Shown: piece after piece, positions 45,931 to 53,632 of the stretch
Layout of the letters: each line of letters starts with the position of its first letter
Position numbering within the stretch: position 1 is the stretch's first letter
NCBI GenBank assembly: GCA_001777015.1
Contig: MFCV01000039.1
Span: 1 to 53,632, forward strand
Length of the DNA stretch: 53,632 bases
DNA from: Candidatus Daviesbacteria bacterium RIFCSPHIGHO2_02_FULL_36_13
GTDB lineage: Bacteria; Patescibacteriota; Microgenomatia; Daviesbacterales; UBA10151
Reading direction: 5' to 3'
Program-made: the position numbers and the translations under genes
The notes under the pieces: model-generated
The model's input: only the letters and a program-made list of their open reading frames with translations
Databases searched by the model: none
What the model was told of the DNA's origin: nothing

Positions 45931-46889
45931 TTAGTACAAAAAAAATAATTGAAAATATTCCAAATGCCCTAAAAACAGTTAATATATCAGGTCTTGGCAA
46001 AAAAACTCAAGGAAAAGTTAGAGATATTTATATCTCAAAAGGCAAAAGAGTTTTCATAACAACAGACAGACAATCTGCTTTTGATAAAGTTCTAGGATAT
46101 ATTCCATTTAAAGGACAAGTGCTAACCCGACTTTCTGTCTTCTGGTTTGAGAAAACGAGAGATATAGTTGCAAATCACTTAATCTCCATGCCAGATCCTA
46201 ATGTATTAATAGTTAAAGAGTGTAAATTAATCCCGATTGAAATGGTTGTCAGAGGATATATAACCGGAGTTACAGATACATCCATTTGGGGTAGTTATGA
46301 AAAAGGGGAAAGAGTGATTTATGGAATAAAATTTCCAGAGGGATTAAAGAAAAATCAAAAACTTCCGGAAAATGTAATAACTCCAACTACCAAGGCAGAT
46401 TTTGGGTTGCATGATGAAAGATTAGCGGAGAAAGATATCTTAAAGAAAAAAATCGTTGACCCCAAAATATGGAAACAAATGAAAAAAGTCACATTGGCTT
46501 TATTTGAGCGAGGGCAAAAGATTTGTGATAAAGCTGGAATAATTTTGGTTGATACAAAATATGAATTTGGTTTAGATGATAAAGGAAAACTTATATTAAT
46601 AGATGAGATGCATACTCCTGATTCTTCAAGATATTGGATTAAAAAAAGTTATAAAGATAGACTGAAAAAAGGTCTGGAACCTGAAAGCTATGATAAGGAG
46701 ACTCTCCGAATTTGGTTTAAAGATCATGGTTACAAAGGGGAAGGTAAGATCCCCAAGATGCCCCTTAAGTTTATTGCTAAAATGAGCTCACTTTATATGG
46801 AAATTTATGAAAAAATTACAGGAAAAAAGTTTACACCTGATTTAACCAAAAATGTCAGCAAGAGAATCAAAGATAATTTAATGGTATAA
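45927..46889 (+). CDS. purC: SAICAR synthetase
   Basis: GKVRDIY, TDRQSAFD, EMVVRGY, VDTKYEFG, DEMHTPDSSR. Confidence 0.97.
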   Translation: MISTKKIIENIPNALKTVNISGLGKKTQGKVRDIYISKGKRVFITTDRQSAFDKVLGYIPFKGQVLTRLSVFWFEKTRDIVANHLISMPDPNVLIVKECKLIPIEMVVRGYITGVTDTSIWGSYEKGERVIYGIKFPEGLKKNQKLPENVITPTTKADFGLHDERLAEKDILKKKIVDPKIWKQMKKVTLALFERGQKICDKAGIILVDTKYEFGLDDKGKLILIDEMHTPDSSRYWIKKSYKDRLKKGLEPESYDKETLRIWFKDHGYKGEGKIPKMPLKFIAKMSSLYMEIYEKITGKKFTPDLTKNVSKRIKDNLMV

Positions 46890-46901
46890 TTTTCTAAGCT
46901 T

Positions 46902-47903
46902 ATGCCTAACAATAACGGATTTGTATTATTAACAGGTACAGCAAATTTAAAACTTGCTCAGGATGTTGCTAAGATTTTAGGAAAAGATGTAGGTGAGACT
47001 GTTTCTGTTTTTGCAGATGGCGAAAAGAGAGTTATCATCCCTGAAAATCTTCGAAAAAGAGATGTATTTATAATTCAACCTACTTGTCCTCCGGTTGATT
47101 CCAGTATTATAGAATTATTTTTAATAATTGATGCAGCAAAGCGATCTTCAGCTTCAGAGGTTACTGCAATAATTCCTTACTTTGGATATTCAAGGCAAGA
47201 TAGAAAAGATAGACCCCGAGTGCCTATTTCATCTTCAATTATTGCCAGACTCATTGAATACTCAGGGGCTGACAGAATTTTAACCATTGATATACACTCA
47301 GAACAGGAACCAGGATTTGTAGAGATTCCTTGGGATAATTTATATGGCAGTTATTCACTTCTGCCGGAATTGCAGAAGCATTTTAAATCATCCAATTTAG
47401 TTATAGCCTCACCTGATAAAGGTGGAGTTCCAAAAGCTACTTTTTATGCAGAACTTTTAGACGCAGAAGGTATTGCCACAGTTTTTAAAGAGAGAGATAT
47501 GGATAAAAATAATGAGAGTGAAGCCTTGGACATGATTGGAGATGTTAAAGGTAAGGATGTTTTGATCGTTGACGATATGATCGATACAGCAGGTACACTT
47601 TGTAATGCAGCAAACCTTATTAAAGAGCGTGGGGCAAAAAGCATAAGTGCTGCTTCCACTCATGGATTATTTTCAGGACCTGCCCCAAAAAGAATTGAAG
47701 AGTCGCCAATAGAGAAGATTTTTATAACTGATTCAGTGCCCTTACGAGAAGAAATGAAAAATAGCAAAAAACTTATAGTTACATCGATTGCAAAACTTCT
47801 AGCAGAGGCTATAGAGTGTATTTATGATGGGTCATCCATGAGTGAGAAACTTATTCCTAAGGCACATCAAACACATGATGATAGAGATTTAGCGGAGGTC
47901 TAA
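46902..47903 (+). CDS. prs: Ribose-phosphate pyrophosphokinase
   Basis: FADGE, PYFGYSRQDRK, SPDKGG, VDDMIDTAGT. Confidence 0.97.
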   Translation: MPNNNGFVLLTGTANLKLAQDVAKILGKDVGETVSVFADGEKRVIIPENLRKRDVFIIQPTCPPVDSSIIELFLIIDAAKRSSASEVTAIIPYFGYSRQDRKDRPRVPISSSIIARLIEYSGADRILTIDIHSEQEPGFVEIPWDNLYGSYSLLPELQKHFKSSNLVIASPDKGGVPKATFYAELLDAEGIATVFKERDMDKNNESEALDMIGDVKGKDVLIVDDMIDTAGTLCNAANLIKERGAKSISAASTHGLFSGPAPKRIEESPIEKIFITDSVPLREEMKNSKKLIVTSIAKLLAEAIECIYDGSSMSEKLIPKAHQTHDDRDLAEV

Positions 47904-49004
47904 AGAACTTCCTTCAAAGGTAATATCTTTTTGTTTTAGTACAACTTTTCTTTCACCAGCTTCAAGAAATCCTGCATCTAAACTTTCAAACCCATTTGTC
48001 TTTATAATTTCTTGGGCTTTTGCAATATCTGAAGGGGACACAAAAATAGCATAATCCTGTCCCATGTTATAAGTTTCATACATTTCTTTTTCAGCAAGAC
48101 CGGCGTTTTCTTGGATAAAATTAAAAACTTCTTGTGGCTCAAATAGTTCTTCTATGACATAAATGAAATCTCGATTAGATCTCATGATTTTTCTAAGTCC
48201 ATGACCAGTAATGTTTGAGATATAGTGGATATCAACATTCCCATCCAATAAACCCTGAATTAATTTTGCATAAATATTTGTTTTAGTTAAGATTGCCTCT
48301 CCATACAGAGTGCCATCTTTAAGTTTTGTACCATAACCCTGCTCTAATTTTTCTGCCACAGCTCTTGTTAGAGAAATGCCATTAGCATTTACACCGTTAC
48401 TTTTTAAAAGTAGAATTCTGTCCCCGACAATTAATTTTTTATCCGTTATTAACCTTTTGTCGTTTGTAATAATTCCTACAGCGGATCCTGCTAAATCCAC
48501 TGTATCTTTTTCAATAACTCCTTTATCTGTAGCGGTTTCACCACCTCCCCAGGAACATTCTGCTAAATCACAAGCTGATTTCCACCCTGCAATTAAATCC
48601 TTCATGCGTTCTTCATCCTGCAGCCAACTATTATCTTCAATTGCCCAATAAGCATGTACTACTAGAGGTTTTGCCCCGACTGTTATTAAGTCGTTGATAA
48701 TTGTGGCAACAGTATCGTGACCAATGATGTCATAGTAGGTCTTACCTGTGATTTTTCTTGTATTGTCAGCTACTAAATTTTTAGTTCCTAAACCTTCAAT
48801 AACTGATGCCATAAAAACATCACCTTGTTTCCAAACATATGCAGATTCACCTCTAGTTTCAGATACCTCTATCAAGCCATTTTTGAGATTTTTGGAAGTG
48901 GAAGCGGCTGCAGTTTGAGCTAATTTTTTAATGGGGTCTTTAGTACCGTAATCATCACCAACCTGAGAGTATGTGATCTTTTTCGTAGAACGGTCAGGTT
49001 TCAT
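47889..49004 (-). CDS. purM: AIR synthase (divergent PurM)
   Basis: EGLGTK, INDL, GGET, SNGVNANG, NITGHG, TYNMG. Confidence 0.88.
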   Translation of the reverse strand: MKPDRSTKKITYSQVGDDYGTKDPIKKLAQTAAASTSKNLKNGLIEVSETRGESAYVWKQGDVFMASVIEGLGTKNLVADNTRKITGKTYYDIIGHDTVATIINDLITVGAKPLVVHAYWAIEDNSWLQDEERMKDLIAGWKSACDLAECSWGGGETATDKGVIEKDTVDLAGSAVGIITNDKRLITDKKLIVGDRILLLKSNGVNANGISLTRAVAEKLEQGYGTKLKDGTLYGEAILTKTNIYAKLIQGLLDGNVDIHYISNITGHGLRKIMRSNRDFIYVIEELFEPQEVFNFIQENAGLAEKEMYETYNMGQDYAIFVSPSDIAKAQEIIKTNGFESLDAGFLEAGERKVVLKQKDITFEGSSLDLR

Positions 49005-49019
49005 CTTCCTAATATACCA

Positions 49020-50096
49020 CTATAGTTTTGTTGGATCAACTTTGATAATTTTATCATCACCTGAATTTACTACCCCTCTGCCGTCTCTATTACTGGTTGT
49101 GATATATAACATATTGTCTAGTCCTAAGACTACATCTCTTATTCTTCCAAACTCGCCTTTGAAATAAATTTTAAACTCTTTTGCTTCTATATTATATTGG
49201 AAAAGAGCAGTGCCCCTTAATCCCCCAAAATATAAAGATCCATTTAAAAAAGCTAGACCCGCAGGGGCCCAGGTTTCTGAACCACTTTGCAAAATAGGAG
49301 TTACTAGTGAGTCCTTTTCTTCAATGCCTCTAATAGTAGGCCATCCATAATTTTTACCCTCTTCTATTAAATTAAGTTCATCAGTTGCTGATTGTCCGTG
49401 TTCAACTTCCCAAAGTCGATTCTTATCATCAAAAGCTATTCCTTGAGGGTTTCTGTGGCCTAGTGAATAAACCTTTAGATCTGAGCCATCACTCTTGACT
49501 CTTAAAATCTTTCCAGCCAAGGAATTTTTGTTCTGAGATAAAGATGGTTCCTGGGCATCACCAGTTGTAATATATAAAAATCCGTCAGGTCCAAATTTTA
49601 TTCGTCCTCCGTCATGAAAAATGGAAGCTGGGATTTTATCAACAATTACAGTTTCATCTTCTAAGCTTTTTGAGTCAAAAACAAACCTGGAAACTCTATT
49701 TAGAGAGTTATTGTCTTTTGAAGAGTATGTGTAATAAAGATAAACATAATGATTGTCATTATATTTTGGATCAATGGTAATTCCATGTAACCCGCTTTCA
49801 CCAGTTTGCTTAACAGGAATTGTAGCCAGGGGCTTTTCTGAAAGATTACCATTTTTGTCAATTATTCTTACAGTGCCTTTACGTTCAGTTACTAAAATAG
49901 AATTGTCAGGTAAAAAGGCTAAGGCCCAAGGTACTTCTAGGTTGGAAGCTATGACCTGTGTTTTAGAAGTATCTTTGGAAGTTGTCTGAGTAGGGGAAGG
50001 ACTAGAGAGTGGTGGGGCTACTTTTTCGGATTTATTGTTTGTGACAACTATAGCAATGGTTATTAAAATTAAAAGTAAAATTATAGCCTTCCACAT
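49020..50096 (-). CDS. PQQ-dependent sugar dehydrogenase family protein (exported)
   Basis: LEVPWALAFLPD, HDGGRIKFGPDG, GHRNPQG, NYGWP, GRIRDV. Confidence 0.92.
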   Translation of the reverse strand: MWKAIILLLILITIAIVVTNNKSEKVAPPLSSPSPTQTTSKDTSKTQVIASNLEVPWALAFLPDNSILVTERKGTVRIIDKNGNLSEKPLATIPVKQTGESGLHGITIDPKYNDNHYVYLYYTYSSKDNNSLNRVSRFVFDSKSLEDETVIVDKIPASIFHDGGRIKFGPDGFLYITTGDAQEPSLSQNKNSLAGKILRVKSDGSDLKVYSLGHRNPQGIAFDDKNRLWEVEHGQSATDELNLIEEGKNYGWPTIRGIEEKDSLVTPILQSGSETWAPAGLAFLNGSLYFGGLRGTALFQYNIEAKEFKIYFKGEFGRIRDVVLGLDNMLYITTSNRDGRGVVNSGDDKIIKVDPTKL

Positions 50097-50119
50097 ATGG
50101 TAATATTATACTCTCTTTT

Positions 50120-51031
50120 ATGCGCCTTCGAAGATGGATTAGGTTTTTAATAGGTTGTTTTATCTTAGGAATATTTGTAGTTTTTATCTTCAATTTTTTT
50201 AAATTTTTAACCGGCGGTTTTTCAACAGTTCTAATTTCTCCGATTCTTAATTTAGAAAACTTAAAACAAAATAGTTCTTTGGAAAAAGGTATTAATAAAG
50301 CTTTGGAGGGATCAACAGGCACTTATTCTATAGCTGTTAAAAATTTAAAAACAGGCAAAAGTTATTATCTTGATGAACATAGAGTTTTTGAGGCTGCCAG
50401 CCTTTATAAACTTTGGGTTATGGGAGAGGTATTTAATCAGATTAAAAAAGGAGATTTAAAAGAGGAAGATGTTTTAAGTAAAACCATACCCTATCTAAAC
50501 AACAAGTTTGGGATATCTCAAGAGGATGCAGAACTTAAGGAAGGAGGCATTACATTAAGTGTTAAAAATGCCTTAAACCAGATGATTACAATTTCCCACA
50601 ACTATGCTGCTATGCTTCTAACAGAAAAAGTAAAATTATCTTCAGTTGAAAAATATTTAAAGGATAATGGTTTCAAAGAATCTAAAGTTGGGACAGATGG
50701 TGATTCTCCAAAAACAACAGCTTTTGATATTTTGCTTTTCTTCGAGAAATTATACAACGGAAGATTGATAGAGGGAGAGTATACAAAACAAATGCTTGAG
50801 CTTTTAAGTAAACAGCAGCTTAATAATAAATTGCCTCAAAAATTACCGGCAGAAACAGTTATAGCTCACAAAACAGGAGAAATTTATTCTTTCTCTCATG
50901 ACGGAGGAATTGTCTTAACCTCCAAAGGAGATTATATTATTGTTGTTTTAGCAGATACTGCTATTCCAAAAGCTGCAGATGATAGAATAGCAGATATATC
51001 TTTGGCTGTCTATAAATATTTTACCCGCTAG
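50120..51031 (+). CDS. Class A beta-lactamase-like serine hydrolase (membrane-anchored)
   Basis: SLYK (SXXK), SHN and HKTG motifs, N-terminal TM helix. Confidence 0.88.
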   Translation: MRLRRWIRFLIGCFILGIFVVFIFNFFKFLTGGFSTVLISPILNLENLKQNSSLEKGINKALEGSTGTYSIAVKNLKTGKSYYLDEHRVFEAASLYKLWVMGEVFNQIKKGDLKEEDVLSKTIPYLNNKFGISQEDAELKEGGITLSVKNALNQMITISHNYAAMLLTEKVKLSSVEKYLKDNGFKESKVGTDGDSPKTTAFDILLFFEKLYNGRLIEGEYTKQMLELLSKQQLNNKLPQKLPAETVIAHKTGEIYSFSHDGGIVLTSKGDYIIVVLADTAIPKAADDRIADISLAVYKYFTR

Positions 51032-51383
51032 GGATAAAACGGATTGAAAGGGAATTGACGCAGTGTCTTGTATCCTTTTCGGTTAAATGTTCCCCTTTAA
51101 ATTCATGACCCAGGTGAGCATTACAATTAGCGCACTGAATTTCTATTCTTTGCCCATCAGCATCTGGAATTCTTTTTAATGAATTGGGATACTCATCATC
51201 AAATGAGGGCCAGCCGCATCCTGCATCAAACTTTGACTCTGATGAAAAAAGTGAAGCATTACATTTTTTACAGATGTATCTTCCATCTTTGTAGAAATCA
51301 TCATACTCACCGGTAAATGGGGCCTCGGTACCTTTGTCCTCAATTATATCTTTTTCCTGAGGGGTTAGTTTATTGTAGGACAT
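51021..51383 (-). CDS. msrB: Methionine-R-sulfoxide reductase
   Basis: GTEAPFTG, CxxC pairs, GCGWPSF, HLGH, RHCVNS. Confidence 0.96.
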   Translation of the reverse strand: MSYNKLTPQEKDIIEDKGTEAPFTGEYDDFYKDGRYICKKCNASLFSSESKFDAGCGWPSFDDEYPNSLKRIPDADGQRIEIQCANCNAHLGHEFKGEHLTEKDTRHCVNSLSIRFIPSG

Positions 51384-51467
51384 TAGCCTAAGTAGCCTAA
51401 AACTAATACAAAATTGACCGTAATATCCATACTTACATCATTACAGCTTATGGTAAAATCTGTCAAT

Positions 51468-52484
51468 ATGCGTTTTGCTGCCATATTAATTTTTATTGGT
51501 TTAATATTTGGAACAATCTTTCTCCTAAAAAATTACAAGGTTCCTCAAAGTATAGAGCAGTCTTTTGTATTTAAAGCCAGCCCAACTCCTACTCCTTTTT
51601 ATGAAATGACTATTCCTTATTTACGAAGTAGAGAATATAAATCCAATTTAGGTGAACTTGAGAAAATTTCAGAAAATGGTAGTTACACTTCCTATTTAAC
51701 TAGTTATACCTCAGATGGATTAAAAATTAATGGACTTTTAACAAAACCTAAAGGTGATATGCCAGAAGGAGGATTCCCTGCTATTGTTTTTATTCATGGA
51801 TATATTCCTCCAACTCTATATAAAACAACAGAAAAATATATTGATCATGTAGATTTTTTAGCCAGGAATGGAATTGTAGTTTTTAAAATAGATTTAAGAG
51901 GACATGGAGATTCAGAAGGAGAGGGCGGCGGAGCTTATTATTCTCCTGATTATATTATTGATGCTCTATCAGCTTTGTCTGCCTTAGATTCATCAGATTT
52001 TGTAAATAAAATTGGACTTTGGGGACACTCTATGGCAGGCAATGTAGTTTTAAGATCTTTTGCTTCAAAGCCTGAAATTCCAGCAGTAGTTATTTGGGCA
52101 GGGGCAGTTTATTCATATGAGGATTTTGTAAAATACAGACTAAGTGATAATAGTTATAGACCTCCTGAATTATCTTCTCAAAGGCAAAAAAGAAGACAGG
52201 AACTTTTTAGTGTACATGGGGAGTTTAATAAAGATAATGCTTTCTGGAAACAAGTCGCCCCAACAAATTATCTAGGGGATATAAAAGGTGCGATCCAGTT
52301 ACATCATGCTATTGATGATGATGTTGTTAATATTGGATACAGTAGGGATTTAATGAAGATCTTAGATCAAACTAAAATCCCACATGAGCTTTTTGAATAT
52401 CCCAACGGAGGACACAATATAAGTGGACTAAGTTTTACTCAAGCTATGCAGAAAACAGTAGAATTTTTCAAAAATACTTTATAA
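51468..52484 (+). CDS. Exported alpha/beta hydrolase (S9 peptidase-like)
   Basis: HGYIPP, GHSMAG nucleophile elbow, DDVV, GGH. Start placed at ATG 51468 after TGGTAAAAT. Confidence 0.88.
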   Translation: MRFAAILIFIGLIFGTIFLLKNYKVPQSIEQSFVFKASPTPTPFYEMTIPYLRSREYKSNLGELEKISENGSYTSYLTSYTSDGLKINGLLTKPKGDMPEGGFPAIVFIHGYIPPTLYKTTEKYIDHVDFLARNGIVVFKIDLRGHGDSEGEGGGAYYSPDYIIDALSALSALDSSDFVNKIGLWGHSMAGNVVLRSFASKPEIPAVVIWAGAVYSYEDFVKYRLSDNSYRPPELSSQRQKRRQELFSVHGEFNKDNAFWKQVAPTNYLGDIKGAIQLHHAIDDDVVNIGYSRDLMKILDQTKIPHELFEYPNGGHNISGLSFTQAMQKTVEFFKNTL

Positions 52485-52524
52485 ATGCTTGACAAAATAA
52501 ATTGAAAGTGAGATTGTTATATTA

Positions 52525-53001
52525 ATGATCAAAAATCTAATTTTAGGACTTGTGGTATTAGCAGTACTTGGTTTAGGGTATATGATGTTTTTTAATAACA
52601 AACAAACTCAACCAGCATCAACAACTGTCATAAAAGTAACCAGCCCTTCAGCCAGTCTCTCAGCAAGTCCTTCAGACATATTAGTCAATCTTTCAGAACA
52701 GAATGAATCAAGCCAGTCAGGTACAGCTACATTAACTGAAGCTAATGGGAAAGTAAAAGTAACACTTAAGCTAACAGGTGCACCAAAGGATGCTGCCCAG
52801 CCTGCGCATATTCATAAAGGAGCTTGTCCTGATGTGGGGGCAGTACTGCATCCTCTTAACTCTCCTGTAAATGGTATGTCTGAAACAATTCTTGATACTA
52901 CATTTGCCAAGTTAAAAACTGAACTTCCTCTTGGTATAAATGTTCACAAATCAGCAGCTGAATCAAAAGTCTATGTCTCCTGCGGTGATCTAAAATTCTA
53001 A
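52525..53001 (+). CDS. Exported CHRD/SOD-like His-motif protein
   Basis: TM anchor, SGTATL, QPAHIH.G.C, INVH, SCGD. Confidence 0.7.
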   Translation: MIKNLILGLVVLAVLGLGYMMFFNNKQTQPASTTVIKVTSPSASLSASPSDILVNLSEQNESSQSGTATLTEANGKVKVTLKLTGAPKDAAQPAHIHKGACPDVGAVLHPLNSPVNGMSETILDTTFAKLKTELPLGINVHKSAAESKVYVSCGDLKF

Positions 53002-53271
53002 GAAGGCATTACATTTATAGCACCAGAGCCAGTTGTAGTCACATTTGTGAGGTTTTACAAAAGGGTGATCTGAGCTTTTAAAATGTTCGGTATTGTGAGC
53101 ATTGTGTGATTCACAGCAAAAAACTTTGCCGCAGGTTAAACAAATCCTTAAGTCTTCGTTAAAACCACAAACTTCACAAGCATCTTTTTCTGAGGTGGTG
53201 TCCTCTTTTAGATCAGCTATATGAGGGCACTCAGCCTTTTTAATATGTTTCCAATCTCCAACTCCAGCCAT
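52990..53271 (-). CDS. Stand-alone UBP-type zinc finger protein
   Basis: C.H, CxxC, LRICLTCG.V.CC.S...H...H, W.WCY. Confidence 0.85.
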   Translation of the reverse strand: MAGVGDWKHIKKAECPHIADLKEDTTSEKDACEVCGFNEDLRICLTCGKVFCCESHNAHNTEHFKSSDHPFVKPHKCDYNWLWCYKCNAFLEF

Positions 53272-53315
53272 AGTCCGATTATACTATATAATTTTCTATT
53301 TGGTATAATTTGGGT

Positions 53316-53552
53316 ATGAAAGAAAGATGGAGAAATATCAGGGTGGCTTTAGGAGTACTTATTCTTGCTTCAGCTTTTGTTGGAAATAGAGGTGTAGTAA
53401 ATCAGGAGAATTCTCCTGCAAAAGCAGCTCAACCTCCTCAGTCTTTATTCATTCCTCCAACTCTCAGATCCCTAATGTTTGAAATAGGTGGTTATGTTAT
53501 CCCTGAAAAACTAGGTGTTAGATCCTATCCAAGTGCTAATAAGTTTGACTAG
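53316..53552 (+). CDS. Small exported hypothetical protein
   Basis: Basic N-terminus plus a hydrophobic helix. ATG lies 6 nt after TGGTATAAT. Confidence 0.5.
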   Translation: MKERWRNIRVALGVLILASAFVGNRGVVNQENSPAKAAQPPQSLFIPPTLRSLMFEIGGYVIPEKLGVRSYPSANKFD

Positions 53553-53572
53553 ACAATAATCCCCAAAAGTCC

Positions 53573-53608
53573 TAAGCAGAGCTTGCCTGTTTTCTGCGAA
53601 AAAGGTAA
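53573..53608. repeat. Intergenic TAAGC-family element
   Basis: TAAGCAGAGC-TTGCCT-G-TTTTC-TGC-GAAAA-AGGTAA, with TAA repeated 33 nt apart. Confidence 0.7.
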
Positions 53609-53632
53609 AATTTGTCTCTTAAGAAGAGGTAA

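Noticed and set aside
50120-51031. Antibiotic-resistance beta-lactamase
   Set aside because: The motifs show only the family fold. It is membrane-anchored with no mobile context, so a cell-wall peptidase-like role is equally likely.
51384-51400. TAGCCTAA direct repeat upstream of msrB
   Set aside because: Only two 8-mers, not seen elsewhere; could be chance.

Overview
This is an AT-rich, gene-dense chromosomal segment. Gene content and style (short EF-Ts, trigger factor without an FKBP domain, a DUF5667-like Pro/Thr protein, a TrpR/YerC-like protein, a giant Ig-repeat surface protein) suggest a Patescibacteria/CPR bacterium, probably Microgenomates; this is inference. It carries a thymidylate block (dcd x2, thyA, folA), translation and replication housekeeping genes (rpsB, tsf, frr, rseP, proS, tig, HIT, rpsU, yqeY, ybeY, dnaX, recR, cysS), a ~2070-aa surface protein, glyA-folD, cmk and gdhA. 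It also holds a near-complete de novo purine cluster (purF N D SL Q, guaA, purA, two archaeal-type purP, purH B E C, prs, purM). The most striking signal is a set of short palindromic elements from several families, mostly GC-rich, lying in frame inside housekeeping genes (dcd, proS, tig, yqeY, dnaX, purL, purQ, guaA twice, possibly cysS) and between genes. One family (TAAGC-GAA-GCTTG + variable hairpin + TAA) is flanked by TAA repeats, and deleting it restores canonical protein spacing. Other oddities: a kissing-loop element between the dcd genes, a TrpR-like gene bracketed by palindromes sharing a 12-bp repeat, many apparently leaderless promoters, and a probable CTG start for HIT. No transposase, RNA gene or CRISPR array was seen.
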